Source: an uncultured virus (IMG/VR IMGVR_UViG_3300031087_000513)
Lineage: Duplodnaviria > Heunggongvirae > Uroviricota > Caudoviricetes
Virus record (IMG/VR): IMGVR_UViG_3300031087_000513
Strand: one strand, 5' to 3'
DNA: 52,544 bases
Under the pieces are notes generated by a model. That model was not told where the DNA came from, searched no databases, and saw only the letters and a list, made by a program, of their open reading frames with translations. Positions 18,796 through 28,771 of this stretch are shown here, piece by piece (the stretch's first letter is position 1; every line of letters begins with the position of its first letter). The translations under genes were made by a program, and so were the position numbers.

Positions 18796-19182
18796 TCAAT
18801 ACTTCTGCTGCTGAAGCAGGAGGATGATGACATCGCTGTCACCAAGATGCGGCTGATTCGTCGCAATATCCGCTGCACGAATCTCCTGGACTTCGGACAG
18901 ACCAAGGCCCTTCCAGTACAGCGTTTCCGCGTTCGTGATTGCAGGGCCAACAATTCGTGCTCGCACCGCATTGTATGGCTCTTCCAAGTCAGTGTTCACA
19001 GGCTGCGTCGCATTTGCAATCAGCTCCACAACACCGCGAAGATACTCGCTGTCAACGTTTTCCAAATCAGCCGAACCATCAATGTCCAGGCGGTCAAACT
19101 GACCTCGAGCGGACTGGATAAGCTGCTCACGGATAGCAATGCTGGCAATCATAAGGGAAGACCTCTCTTGTTTTATGCTCAA
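18796..19182 (-). CDS. hypothetical protein
   Basis: NxEYLRG..ELIA motif; start uncertain. Confidence 0.6.
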   Translation of the reverse strand: MSIKQERSSLMIASIAIREQLIQSARGQFDRLDIDGSADLENVDSEYLRGVVELIANATQPVNTDLEEPYNAVRARIVGPAITNAETLYWKGLGLSEVQEIRAADIATNQPHLGDSDVIILLLQQQKY

Positions 19183-19224
19183 CCGGCTTAGTTGATGTGA
19201 AGAGCATATCAGAACCCACTGACA

Positions 19225-19788
19225 TTACTTGAAGTCGGAAGTCTTAAACTGCGTCCACAGGTCAGCTAAGAAAAGCTTGATAGCGTGTGAACCAATCTCA
19301 CGACTGCCAGAAGCGATTTCGTCATTGCTGAACTGTTGCAACTCATCCAAAGTCACCCAACGTAAATCAGTTGACTCACCTTCACCAGGAGCATGCTTGG
19401 GAAGCTCGGTTGTGACAAACAAGAATGAGAGGTCAGTATGGTAATGGCCATCAGCTGCTTTATGCGTGTTGAGCATCAACGGGTACGGGTGAGCAGTATA
19501 GTCAGGGTTGCTCAGGTAGACAGGTTCATTCGGCTGCATGACATTCAGCTGATCCCACTCATAGCCTGCTTCTTCCAAAATCTCATGCTGGATTGCTGCC
19601 CAAGGGGACTCATCTAATTCAACATGCCCACCAGGCTGCAGAAGTTTCTGCATCTTCTTATGCATGTGCAGCAGAAGGCGTGGCTGACCGGCGTAGCCAG
19701 TTTCGCTGGTTGGATCAAGCTCGTAGCGGATAATGAAAGCAGAAGCAGTCAGATCATGCTGACCAGGTTCGGTATGAATATGCGGCAT
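19225..19788 (-). CDS. Nudix hydrolase
   Basis: PGGHVE.DE.P..A..HE..EEAG Nudix box. Confidence 0.9.
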   Translation of the reverse strand: MPHIHTEPGQHDLTASAFIIRYELDPTSETGYAGQPRLLLHMHKKMQKLLQPGGHVELDESPWAAIQHEILEEAGYEWDQLNVMQPNEPVYLSNPDYTAHPYPLMLNTHKAADGHYHTDLSFLFVTTELPKHAPGEGESTDLRWVTLDELQQFSNDEIASGSREIGSHAIKLFLADLWTQFKTSDFK

Positions 19789-19959
19789 ATCGTAAGTTTA
19801 GCATTTGAATTTGTTTCAACTCCGAAATATCACTAAACTGCACGGATTCGTTTGAGAGGTAGAGTAAGCTACTTCATATAGCCATACTCCTTGACATACG
19901 ATCGTCTGTTCGCTATGATAAGAGAACTATTTTGTACCGAACAGACAGGTTTTTCTTTT

Positions 19960-20226
19960 ATGACTATTCAGCAGGTTGCTAAGGGCGAGATGACTATCGA
20001 CCAGCACATTGAAGAGATTGAACACGGTGTAGCGGAACGAGCATCTATTCTTCCAGATTCTCCGTTTGCAATTTTTGAAGCAATGAACGCAGCTCCCGCA
20101 TACGGATACTTGGAATTGTGTGATTATTGTGGAGAAGAAGATGTCACCTGGGTTGAATCTGATGACATGAGTTTCGTTCTCAGTGAATGCAACAGCTGTG
20201 GCGAGAAGTGGAAGGACATCGTATGA
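19960..20226 (+). CDS. zinc-ribbon hypothetical protein
   Basis: CDYCG...CNSCG; TTGACA-17-TATGAT promoter at 19891. Confidence 0.65.
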   Translation: MTIQQVAKGEMTIDQHIEEIEHGVAERASILPDSPFAIFEAMNAAPAYGYLELCDYCGEEDVTWVESDDMSFVLSECNSCGEKWKDIV

Positions 20227-20438
20227 GTGGTGAAGTCCGAGCTATCAATCCAGAAGGTGAATACCTGGTCATCGCTATCAGTGAAGATGGTGATTTCTCG
20301 GCCTACGGTCCGTATGATTATGAGACAGCCGAAGAGGTAGAAGAAGAGGCTCGCCAGTATGATTTGAGTGGTAACACGACTGCTGAGACTATCAAAATTG
20401 GCACGCCTTGGGTCCGCCCCACTGACTATGACGAGTGA
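20223..20438 (+). CDS. hypothetical protein
   Basis: ATGA overlap; YGPY..E.A motif. Confidence 0.6.
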   Translation: MSGEVRAINPEGEYLVIAISEDGDFSAYGPYDYETAEEVEEEARQYDLSGNTTAETIKIGTPWVRPTDYDE

Positions 20439-20449
20439 AAGCTCACAAT

Positions 20450-20501
20450 AAAAATAGGAGGGGTCTCAACCAAACGTTTGGTTGAGACCCCTCCTATTTT
20501 T
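20450..20501. terminator. 52-bp perfect palindrome / bidirectional terminator
   Basis: AAAAATAGGAGGGGTCTCAACCAAAC|GTTTGGTTGAGACCCCTCCTATTTTT, no spacer. Confidence 0.85.
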
Positions 20502-20513
20502 TAGTTCACAAAA

Positions 20514-21371
20514 TCAGAAGTTCACGCTGTAATCAGGGAGGTCATCTTCATCATCGTCTTCATCCCAGTCATCCTCGGATTCTTCCTGAGCTTTCTTGAT
20601 TTCCTGAGCGGAGAGTTCATTCAAAAGCTGTGAAGCGTTCCAGTTCCCGAATTGTTCGCCGCAGAACGTCGGCTGATAGACGCGGTTGACAGCAGTCAGA
20701 ACGCTAGTAAGGTCCTGCAAATCAGTGACTGGTTCTTTCATGCCATCAACAGCGAACACTGTGAGCTTCTCTAAGCCAAGAGGGAAAGCGGTGCTTTTCC
20801 GCAAGAAGTCGACAACAGGCTGGTCATGCATAAACCAGTATTTCGGTCGGCCATCTTCCTCTTCATGGTAATAGGTCAGGAAGTCTTCCCAATGCTGGCT
20901 CACATCCCAGTATTCATTTGCATATAGCCAAGGGTCTTTGCGGACAAAAGTCTGCATCTGCTCAAAAATTTCAGGGATGAAAAAGAAGTTATGAACATAT
21001 TCCAGAGTTTTGGCCACTGGATTATCAGGGTACTTCTCTTGTATTTCCTTCGCTTGCCAGTTGGTCCCTAACGCTTTAAGAACATCATCAATGGGCATGC
21101 CATAATGATTCTCAATGAGTTCCGTAATAGGTCCGCGTTCAATATTCTCAATACGTCCATAGTCATCATACGTTCCATAGATAGCAGGGAAGATAGGGCA
21201 GAAATTGTCAGTGGGATATACATACTGGCTGCCTCGGAATCTGTTCGGTTCTTTATCCTGAACATATTGAGCGCCAAGAGTTCGTTTGAGCGTTACTAAC
21301 ACCAAACCAACACGTTTTCCTTCTCCGATTGGCAAGCCACTGATACCACATGATACGTTGAAGCTACCCAT
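20514..21371 (-). CDS. MGSFNV-CGIS family protein, tandem paralog 3
   Basis: Shares MGSFNV.CGIS, P.FP.I..TY..YG...NIE, PT..GEQ.G.W and acidic tail with the next two. Confidence 0.85.
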   Translation of the reverse strand: MGSFNVSCGISGLPIGEGKRVGLVLVTLKRTLGAQYVQDKEPNRFRGSQYVYPTDNFCPIFPAIYGTYDDYGRIENIERGPITELIENHYGMPIDDVLKALGTNWQAKEIQEKYPDNPVAKTLEYVHNFFFIPEIFEQMQTFVRKDPWLYANEYWDVSQHWEDFLTYYHEEEDGRPKYWFMHDQPVVDFLRKSTAFPLGLEKLTVFAVDGMKEPVTDLQDLTSVLTAVNRVYQPTFCGEQFGNWNASQLLNELSAQEIKKAQEESEDDWDEDDDEDDLPDYSVNF

Positions 21372-21457
21372 AATATTTTTCTCCTCTAACCTTGCGATTC
21401 ATTATCTTCGTCAAATTTTTACGTTGTTCTTTGCTGAGTGAAGCGTTCTATGTATGT

Positions 21458-22285
21458 CTACTCGTCATCATCTTCCCAGTCGCTGGTAAACCGTTCTTTG
21501 GCTTTCTCAATCTCAGGAACGATGAGCTTATTGAGCAGTTCTGTTACCTGCCAGTTTCCATACTGCTCACCTGAAAAAGTTGGCTGGTAGACACGATTTA
21601 CAGAGGAAAGAACCTGGCCTAATTTCTGCAAATCCGCAACTGGTTCTTTCATCCCGTCATTTGCAAAGATTTCAAGCTTCTCTAATCCAAGAGGAAAAGA
21701 AGTATGCTCTTCAAAGAACTTCATAACAGGCTGGTTCTGAGCGAACCAGTATTTCGGGCGACCATTTTCTTCCTCATGATAGTGCGCGTAGAAATCGTCC
21801 CAATGCGTACTGATATCTCTGCGTTCGTTTCTATACAGATACGAATCATTTTTGCGAATAAACTGAGAAATTTCAGTAAAAATCTCTGGAATGAAGAAGA
21901 AGTTATGAGTATCCGCTAATGACTTGACTGCCTCATTATCACGATGCCCCTCCTGTGTCTCTTTAGACTCCCAATCATGACCCACCCCTTTGAGTACATC
22001 CTCAACAGAAACGCCATAGTAATTTTCAATCGCTTTGGTAGCAGGACCATGTTCGATGTTTTCAATGCCTCCGTATTCATTGTAGGTGCCATAAATAGGA
22101 GGGAAAGTGGGACTATAATTGTCTGTTGTAGCAGTGTACTGACGGCCTCGGAAACAATTGTCTGCAGAGTCACCAGGGTGCATCTTTGTCAAATCACGAT
22201 TAATTCGGATGAGGACTAAACCAACACGTTTTCCTTCATCAATTGGTACCCCGCTGATACCGCAGGACACGTTGAAACTACCCAT
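21458..22285 (-). CDS. MGSFNV-CGIS family protein, tandem paralog 2
   Basis: Clear full-length similarity to neighbours. Confidence 0.85.
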   Translation of the reverse strand: MGSFNVSCGISGVPIDEGKRVGLVLIRINRDLTKMHPGDSADNCFRGRQYTATTDNYSPTFPPIYGTYNEYGGIENIEHGPATKAIENYYGVSVEDVLKGVGHDWESKETQEGHRDNEAVKSLADTHNFFFIPEIFTEISQFIRKNDSYLYRNERRDISTHWDDFYAHYHEEENGRPKYWFAQNQPVMKFFEEHTSFPLGLEKLEIFANDGMKEPVADLQKLGQVLSSVNRVYQPTFSGEQYGNWQVTELLNKLIVPEIEKAKERFTSDWEDDDE

Positions 22286-22305
22286 AGTATTCTTCTCCTT
22301 TAGCC

Positions 22306-23124
22306 TTATAGCTCATCATCTTCATCAAAGTCCTCATCCCATTCTTCACGCTGGGCAACGACTTTCTGAGTGAGTTCGCTCAACTTCTGCGTTACTTCCC
22401 AATCACCATGCTGCTCGCCGCAGTAAGTTGGATGGAAAATATGATTCGTCATTTCCATGACTTTGACCAAGTAGAACCAATCAAGAAGAGGATGTTTCAT
22501 GCCTTCTACACCCAGGTGGATAATCTCTTTCCCACCATACGGATAATTCGTTTCATTTTCTACGAATTCATTGATAGGATTAGGGTGAGTATGCTGCGGA
22601 TTCGCAAAACCATACTCGTCTACAGCCAGGCTTCCTGTAAACACTTCCCAGCTTTTCTCATCACCTAAGCGAATACTGTCAAATACATCAGAACGCTTGT
22701 GAATGAAGTCTTTCAGCTCAGTAAATACCTCAGGGCGATACACAAACAAGCTTTTCTCTTCAAGAGAAGCCAGTTGAGGTGCTGAGTCAATCCGTTTCTC
22801 ACGGATTTCTTTTGCTTCCCAATCATCGCCAACAGCGTTAATGATGTCTGCAATGGGAGCATTGAAATGTTTCTCTATTACCGCATTGACAGGGCTGGGT
22901 TCAATATTTGTGAAGTTCCCATAATCGTCATACGTTGCATGAATAGCAGGGAAGAGTGGTCGGTAGAGAGTGTTGGAATGAACCAAAGAGCTTCCATAGA
23001 ATACGCCAGGGTGTTCATCGTAATAATCAAGCATACGGTTACGCCCAATAATCATGATTGCAACTTTTTCACCAGGTGACACTGGCGTATTGCTGATCCC
23101 ACAGCCTACGTTGAAACTACCCAT
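22306..23124 (-). CDS. MGSFNV-CGIS family protein, tandem paralog 1
   Basis: Clear similarity; GAGGAG SD and TGGTAGAAT promoter upstream. Confidence 0.85.
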   Translation of the reverse strand: MGSFNVGCGISNTPVSPGEKVAIMIIGRNRMLDYYDEHPGVFYGSSLVHSNTLYRPLFPAIHATYDDYGNFTNIEPSPVNAVIEKHFNAPIADIINAVGDDWEAKEIREKRIDSAPQLASLEEKSLFVYRPEVFTELKDFIHKRSDVFDSIRLGDEKSWEVFTGSLAVDEYGFANPQHTHPNPINEFVENETNYPYGGKEIIHLGVEGMKHPLLDWFYLVKVMEMTNHIFHPTYCGEQHGDWEVTQKLSELTQKVVAQREEWDEDFDEDDEL

Positions 23125-23164
23125 GAATTGTTACTCCTCAATATAAATCATTTCATTCTACCAG

Positions 23165-23215
23165 AAAAGGGAAGGGTCCGCAACCATCTATTACAGTTGC
23201 GGACCCTTCCCTTTT
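23165..23215 (-). terminator. terminator hairpin, 20-bp stem
   Basis: AAAAGGGAAGGGTCCGCAAC and its complement. Confidence 0.8.
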
Positions 23216-23222
23216 GGGAGTT

Positions 23223-23825
23223 TTACCAGCCCTTGGAGAATGCAGGCATCTCGCTCACAACAATGCGACCAGGGTATTCGTACTTCCCAGTGATGGCGAA
23301 AGTGCTGGACGGAACATTGCGGAGCATTTCAGGGAAACGAACCTTGAAATTCGTCGGCTCAGCTTCCCGAACATCCTTGAGTCCATCCTCAGTAGGAACG
23401 CCGTAGAAGTTCCGAACAACGAAAACATACTCGTACATGCCATCAACCAGAGTGCCCTCAGGCTCAACATACCCCTGAACCCAGACCTGCCCGTTCTCAA
23501 ACGGAAGAACCTGGGACATCGGGGTGTACTGCTTGATGCCTCGGACCCAGCGCTTGGCAGTAATGTTCTCTGCCATGACCTGAATAAGGTCTGCTTCCTT
23601 CACCTGGATGGCATCATTGCCTGCAAGAGCAATACGGGAGATGCGCTGACCGTGCTTTCGGTCTCCAAAGGAAACAAGCACCTTCGGGGAATCAGTAGGG
23701 CGGATAAGCATGTGCGCACGGGTGCGCTTATCCTGATGAGTAGTTTCTCCGTGCCAGATTTCGATGTCAACATCATTCTCAATGGCAAGAGCGGTCAGGG
23801 TGGACAGAGTGTTGTAATCAGTCAT
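23223..23825 (-). CDS. hypothetical protein
   Basis: GAAGGA SD before MTDYNT. Confidence 0.75.
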   Translation of the reverse strand: MTDYNTLSTLTALAIENDVDIEIWHGETTHQDKRTRAHMLIRPTDSPKVLVSFGDRKHGQRISRIALAGNDAIQVKEADLIQVMAENITAKRWVRGIKQYTPMSQVLPFENGQVWVQGYVEPEGTLVDGMYEYVFVVRNFYGVPTEDGLKDVREAEPTNFKVRFPEMLRNVPSSTFAITGKYEYPGRIVVSEMPAFSKGW

Positions 23826-23977
23826 GATTAAATTGTTCCTTCTCGGTTCATGGAAGCAGAGTTGCACTGCTTGGTTCTATCCTACTCTCTTCCTGCCCCA
23901 TTGTCAACATTTGCTTTTTTACAGTATGTTTGCTACGATAAGACTTTTCACCCCTTGATGATGAGAGAGCTCCAAAT

Positions 23978-24847
23978 ATGAAGCGCATGGTGAAGAGTGT
24001 TTTCATCACTCTGCTCACAGCTGTAATCACATTTGTATGCGCAGGAACGCTGAACATTGTCCCTGCGCTTGCTGCGTCTTTCCATGTGTTCACTCTGACT
24101 CAGGCAGCTGTTCCGAAAAATACTGTTCTGGTCGGAAACCCCTCCACTATCAGCTTCGGCTACACGCAGCCTGCTTTCTCCCCAAACGGGATGCCTTCCT
24201 ACCATGCTCAGAAGCTGGTGAACGGTTCCTGGGTCGACGTTCCAGGAAGTTCCTCCCGTTACACGGAGATTGGTATTCGCCTTACTATTCCAGCTTCTCA
24301 GGAAGTCGGAACGATAACGTACCGTGCAGCTTCTGACACAATCTTAGGTATCCCCTCCCAGCATGGACCTACTGTTGAAGTGCAGAGTGTTCGTACTGAT
24401 TCAGGTGATGCCATGCAGAAGCAAATGTATGAAACCATCGCACCGTACTGCCCTGGTGTTGCCATCGTGTACCGTAGCGCATGGAAGAAGAATACTGTCG
24501 GTGAGTATGCTGCTGGAACTAACTACATCAGTATCAAGAAAGATTGGGCGGAAGCTTCTGGTGAAGTGAACCAAGACGCTCTTGCTCTCCACGAGTGCGG
24601 CCATTACGTTCAGTATAAGACATACAAAGATAATCTGACGCAACTCAAATATGATGCCGCAGAAGTGTTCGCTATGGGGAAGGTTGACCCTGTTGAGCAT
24701 ATGGCTGACTGCATGGCTCAGTCGGTGAACCCTGGCGGTTTCATGGGGTATGGTGGTGTGTGTACTGAAAAGCAGTTGACAGTAGCGCATCAGGCACTCA
24801 ATGGTGAGAGAATCAGTACTGTACCCACTAATCCACTGTACCGATGA
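23978..24847 (+). CDS. secreted HExxH metallopeptidase-like protein
   Basis: Signal peptide (ALA), HECGH, downstream E..ADC. Confidence 0.7.
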   Translation: MKRMVKSVFITLLTAVITFVCAGTLNIVPALAASFHVFTLTQAAVPKNTVLVGNPSTISFGYTQPAFSPNGMPSYHAQKLVNGSWVDVPGSSSRYTEIGIRLTIPASQEVGTITYRAASDTILGIPSQHGPTVEVQSVRTDSGDAMQKQMYETIAPYCPGVAIVYRSAWKKNTVGEYAAGTNYISIKKDWAEASGEVNQDALALHECGHYVQYKTYKDNLTQLKYDAAEVFAMGKVDPVEHMADCMAQSVNPGGFMGYGGVCTEKQLTVAHQALNGERISTVPTNPLYR

Positions 24848-24895
24848 ATGCTATTTTTCAACGTAGAAACGGCAATGTAGCCTATACTAAATGAT

Positions 24896-25489
24896 ATGCA
24901 CGGTTTCGTACTCCTTCCAGATAAACTCACTGAGACACAACTGATTGAACTCAACAACAGTCACTTTGATTCACCACTCCATTTAGATGCTGTGATATCA
25001 ATGCCTCATGTAACTGTTTTGCAGGCACCTATCCGTAATGGATTCAAAGCAACTCCATTCTTGGAGCAGTTTAAAGCTTCTCCACAATTGCAGCGGGAGC
25101 CGAAAGCCAACTTGGGAAAATTAGAGTATCTGGAAGATCACTGGCTGTTCTTCACTGTAACAAACCCTACATGGTTGCAGGAACTGAATCAGACAATCAT
25201 TACAGCATTGGATGGTTGGATTGACGTTGAAGCTGCTCCTGAAAAAACTGAGTTCGCTAATGACGCTCAGAGAATCAGCTATGAGAAGACAGGGTACCGT
25301 TTCAATTTGGAAGCGTACTCACCTCATTTCACTGTGGGTGTGAGTGATGAGCCAGTAGCGCTTCCGAACGTCTCATATTTGGAAAACCGTCGAGTACCGT
25401 TCCGCACTCTGGCTTTCTGTGAACATGGTGAGCATGGGAAAATTACACGAGTTTTAGAGACGGTAACTTTACCGTTCAGTTGGGATTGA
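24896..25489 (+). CDS. 2H phosphoesterase (2'-5' RNA ligase-like)
   Basis: Two HxT motifs, PHVT and YSPHFT. Confidence 0.8.
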   Translation: MHGFVLLPDKLTETQLIELNNSHFDSPLHLDAVISMPHVTVLQAPIRNGFKATPFLEQFKASPQLQREPKANLGKLEYLEDHWLFFTVTNPTWLQELNQTIITALDGWIDVEAAPEKTEFANDAQRISYEKTGYRFNLEAYSPHFTVGVSDEPVALPNVSYLENRRVPFRTLAFCEHGEHGKITRVLETVTLPFSWD

Positions 25490-25493
25490 TAGG

Positions 25494-26018
25494 ATGAATG
25501 TTTCATCAACAACACTTACCGTTGGCGCTATTATCATCGTCGTTGTCGGTTGGTTTATTGCTGGTTGGCAGATGCGACGAGCGGATAAGCGTGATTCCAG
25601 AATTCTGACGCAAAGTTTCTCCTCAGGTAATGCTGTCTGGGGTGCGCTGACTCCTTCCGAGAAAGAAGAACTATCCAGTAAGAAAACTCGTATTGAGCAG
25701 GAAGACTGGGTTGACGCGAACGTTCCAGCAGGACTCATGGGGACATTGAATGCTGAGCGACTTGTCGTTGAGCTGGCGAATCAGGGAGTCATTCTTCTTG
25801 GATTGGGTTCTCCTCGCAGAAGCGCAAGTCCGTTAGATTATGTCCAGCATGATGCTCAGAAGAAAAAGCCTGAGGACACTCAGGAGAGCTTCAAACAGAG
25901 TGCCCGAAATGTGAAATCTGCTGTGAAGCGTAAGAAGCAGGAGCAGCGGAAAGAGAACGCGAAAACGGGTCGGGCGAGCAGAAAAATCCGTGAATACAAT
26001 ATCAGACGGTTAAACTAA
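25494..26018 (+). CDS. membrane-anchored basic hypothetical protein
   Basis: N-terminal TM, Lys/Arg-rich tail. Confidence 0.65.
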   Translation: MNVSSTTLTVGAIIIVVVGWFIAGWQMRRADKRDSRILTQSFSSGNAVWGALTPSEKEELSSKKTRIEQEDWVDANVPAGLMGTLNAERLVVELANQGVILLGLGSPRRSASPLDYVQHDAQKKKPEDTQESFKQSARNVKSAVKRKKQEQRKENAKTGRASRKIREYNIRRLN

Positions 26019-26092
26019 TTCCACATTTTTGCTCATTTTGACGATAATTGTGGTATGATGTATGGATACTGCAACAAACGAAGGATTTCATT

Positions 26093-26854
26093 ATGAGTAA
26101 CACTGAGTACGAACTGCCGAACATCTCTGTTGATGTTGTACCCGTAACTGTGAACCTCGACACCAACCAGCTGGAAGTTCTGGTTGGGCGACGCATCTTT
26201 GAGCCGTACCTTGGCGAGTACGCTCTTCCTGGTGTCCTGCTGACCCCGCATGAGCGTTTGGTCGAAGCAGCAACTCGTGCACTGGAGACGAAGACTCTCG
26301 TGAAGGCGGATGACATTGTTGCCGTCTACGACCTTGGTACGTTTGACAACCCTGACCGTGACCCGCGTGGAGCAACTGTTTCCATTGCAAAGATTGCGGT
26401 CATTGCTCCTCATGCAGTTGTTGAAGATGAGAGGGTGAAGCGAATTACCCTTGATGCTGTTGCAAACGGCGATGAGCAGCTTCCGTTTGACCACAACACT
26501 ATTGTGCAGGCAGCAGCAACCCTGTTCGGTGAGAAGTTCCTTTCATCTAAGACTTTCACGAAGAGCGTCCTTGGGGAGCAGTTCACCACGAAGATTGTTC
26601 GTGGACTCCTGACTCAGATGGGTCGTATCACCACTGATAGCGACCACACCTATGATGCTTCCAACTTGACTCGTCAGTTGAAGGGGACAGGTTGGGTTGA
26701 CGTAGTGGATGAGGCTGATAGCTATGGGACAAGCTCAGCCGTCTATGCGACAACCTCTGCTGCGTATGATATCGCCTCTCAGATAAGTGCAGCGTTGACA
26801 ACTGCAACCAGTACAGGCCGAGGCCGACCTTCCCGCACCTGGACCTGGAAGTAA
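26093..26854 (+). CDS. NrtR-like Nudix plus winged-helix protein
   Basis: SVDVV, EPY.G..ALPG, RDPRG..VS, LPFDH, FT, N..R, GRGRP. Confidence 0.85.
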   Translation: MSNTEYELPNISVDVVPVTVNLDTNQLEVLVGRRIFEPYLGEYALPGVLLTPHERLVEAATRALETKTLVKADDIVAVYDLGTFDNPDRDPRGATVSIAKIAVIAPHAVVEDERVKRITLDAVANGDEQLPFDHNTIVQAAATLFGEKFLSSKTFTKSVLGEQFTTKIVRGLLTQMGRITTDSDHTYDASNLTRQLKGTGWVDVVDEADSYGTSSAVYATTSAAYDIASQISAALTTATSTGRGRPSRTWTWK

Positions 26855-26862
26855 TAGGAACA

Positions 26863-26908
26863 TATAAGTAAAGCCTCAACCAATCTTTTGGTTGAGGCTT
26901 TACTTATA
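26863..26908. terminator. bidirectional terminator, 21-bp stem
   Basis: TATAAGTAAAGCCTCAACCAA and its complement. Confidence 0.85.
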
Positions 26909-26926
26909 ACTCAGTGGGGGTTTTAC

Positions 26927-27283
26927 TTATAACTTCTTAGCTGCTCCATCAACAAGAATAGACTTGTTTGGCTCTTTCGGCAAATACCGAACATGAACTT
27001 TTGAATGCAAATACTTATCAGCTGAGGAACGAAGGCTGAAATGCTTGCTTTCAATGTTGAACGTTTTACCGTTAACGATATAGGTAAAATCAGCAGTGTA
27101 ATCAGTACGTGAACTGCGATGACGACCGCCACTGTGGTAGTGGGAATCAACTTGTGTCGGAGTGGCGACAGTATCTACACCATGAGCTTTGATTTCTTTA
27201 ACCATTTCGTGATGGCGAATACCAATGACGGCAGCAATGCCTAGAATAACAACTAACATGACAACGCTAAGAATTTTCTTCAT
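26927..27283 (-). CDS. DUF3592-like membrane protein
   Basis: TM, G..T.A, Y...FTY..NG.T, V.VRYLP..P. Confidence 0.7.
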   Translation of the reverse strand: MKKILSVVMLVVILGIAAVIGIRHHEMVKEIKAHGVDTVATPTQVDSHYHSGGRHRSSRTDYTADFTYIVNGKTFNIESKHFSLRSSADKYLHSKVHVRYLPKEPNKSILVDGAAKKL

Positions 27284-27306
27284 GAGAAAATCCCTATCGC
27301 TTTAAT

Positions 27307-27347
27307 GTTTGTAGGGACCAGAATTCTGCTTTCTGGTCCCTACAAAC
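27307..27347 (-). terminator. terminator hairpin, 17-bp stem
   Basis: GTTTGTAGGGACCAGAA and its complement. Confidence 0.7.
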
Positions 27348-27354
27348 TACCCGC

Positions 27355-27924
27355 TTACTTGGAGATAAGCTTCTGTACAGCCTTACCGAGTTGCTTCTCG
27401 TTCATCTTCCCGTACTTGTCAGTACGCTGAGAAGTGTAGCGGTGCAGTTCATGAATGCTCATGGTTCGCATACGCTCAGTACCATACTTACGGAAGAACT
27501 TCTCAAAAGTCTTCTTTGGCATGTCGGTGAACGTCGGACCAGTAACACCGTACCAGTCAGAAGACATGTTGATGAGCCACCAAAGACGAAGAGGAATGTA
27601 CTCTGGACCGACTTCATTCCAGACTGCGTTGTAGACATCCCTGTCATACTTCATGATGAGGCGTTTGAGCATCTCGTTGATGTGAAGCGCATCCTCATGC
27701 TCAGCCTGTTCAAGCTGCTTCTGCTTGCGGACTGCTGCCATAACGAACTGGCCCAGGTCTTCCATGTACTCATCCAGGCCAGTTACCTTTACCAGAGTTT
27801 CGTATTCAGGAAGAATGTTGTACTCCCCTTCAATAGAGTACAATGGAGACTCAGGTGCAGCAACTGTCTGCGCCGAAACATTCGTTCGGTACCATGTGTC
27901 GTTTTCATAACCAGAAGTTGTCAT
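27355..27924 (-). CDS. hypothetical protein
   Basis: Leaderless ATG 7 nt after TGTTATAAT. Confidence 0.7.
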   Translation of the reverse strand: MTTSGYENDTWYRTNVSAQTVAAPESPLYSIEGEYNILPEYETLVKVTGLDEYMEDLGQFVMAAVRKQKQLEQAEHEDALHINEMLKRLIMKYDRDVYNAVWNEVGPEYIPLRLWWLINMSSDWYGVTGPTFTDMPKKTFEKFFRKYGTERMRTMSIHELHRYTSQRTDKYGKMNEKQLGKAVQKLISK

Positions 27925-27958
27925 GTACCGATTATAACAGATGAAGGAAGGAACTGCA

Positions 27959-28288
27959 ATGGATTTCCCAATTACGCTCACGCCAGAAGCCTCTGAGAAG
28001 GCTTGGAATTTGCTCACCACCCAAGGACGCGAAGATATGCGTTTGAGGCTGGGTGTGCAATCAGGTGGTTGCTCAGGGCTCGTTTACCAGCTGTTCTTCG
28101 ATGAGCGTAGCTTTGACGGAGACCTTATCCAGCAGTTCGGTGAAGTTGAAGTCGTTGTAGACAAAATGAGTGCACCGTATCTTGAAGGAGCAGTCATCAG
28201 CTACAATGATACAATCGAGAAACAAGGCTTTGATATTGATAACCCAAATGCCACAGGAACATGCGCTTGCGGCGATTCGTTCCACTAA
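27959..28288 (+). CDS. iscA: IscA/ErpA (HesB) A-type Fe-S carrier protein
   Basis: LR..VQ.GGCSGL.Y, VDKMS.PYL.GA, GF.IDNPNA...CACGDSF. Confidence 0.95.
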   Translation: MDFPITLTPEASEKAWNLLTTQGREDMRLRLGVQSGGCSGLVYQLFFDERSFDGDLIQQFGEVEVVVDKMSAPYLEGAVISYNDTIEKQGFDIDNPNATGTCACGDSFH

Positions 28289-28338
28289 AGCAGATAGTAC
28301 AATAAGTAACACACGATACGAAACATAAGGAGACGCAT

Positions 28339-28722
28339 ATGAGTTATGAACAACCACCAGCCGGCTATAATACCCCGAACCAGAATCCTGGTAACGGGCC
28401 AAGCCTGTTCGGTATCACCTGGCACAAGAACCTTGTTCCTATCACACCATCCCAAACAAGCCGACCACCACGGAACACTCTGCTTGCTTACGTTCTTTGG
28501 TTCTTCCTGGGTATGTTTGGTGTTCACCAGTACTACTTAGGGAACTTCAAACGAGGTCTGATGATTCTTGCGGTTTGGATTCTCGCAGCAATCACCTCAG
28601 GAATTTTCATCGGTGTTGTCATCGGGTTCGCGCTGTTCGTGTATTGGATTTATGAAGCAGTTACTCTGCAAGAGCAAATACAGGAAGTACACAACGGATA
28701 CGTCCGCCAGTCTGTCCTGTAA
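28339..28722 (+). CDS. TM2-domain membrane protein
   Basis: AY.LWFFLG.FG.H.YYLG....G. Confidence 0.88.
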   Translation: MSYEQPPAGYNTPNQNPGNGPSLFGITWHKNLVPITPSQTSRPPRNTLLAYVLWFFLGMFGVHQYYLGNFKRGLMILAVWILAAITSGIFIGVVIGFALFVYWIYEAVTLQEQIQEVHNGYVRQSVL

Positions 28723-28737
28723 TGTAGTACGTACATA

Positions 28738-28770
28738 AAGAAAGCCTCTCCGAAACGGAGAGGCTTTCTT
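28738..28770. terminator. bidirectional terminator
   Basis: 15-bp stem AAGAAAGCCTCTCCG/CGGAGAGGCTTTCTT. Confidence 0.85.
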
Positions 28771-28771
28771 G

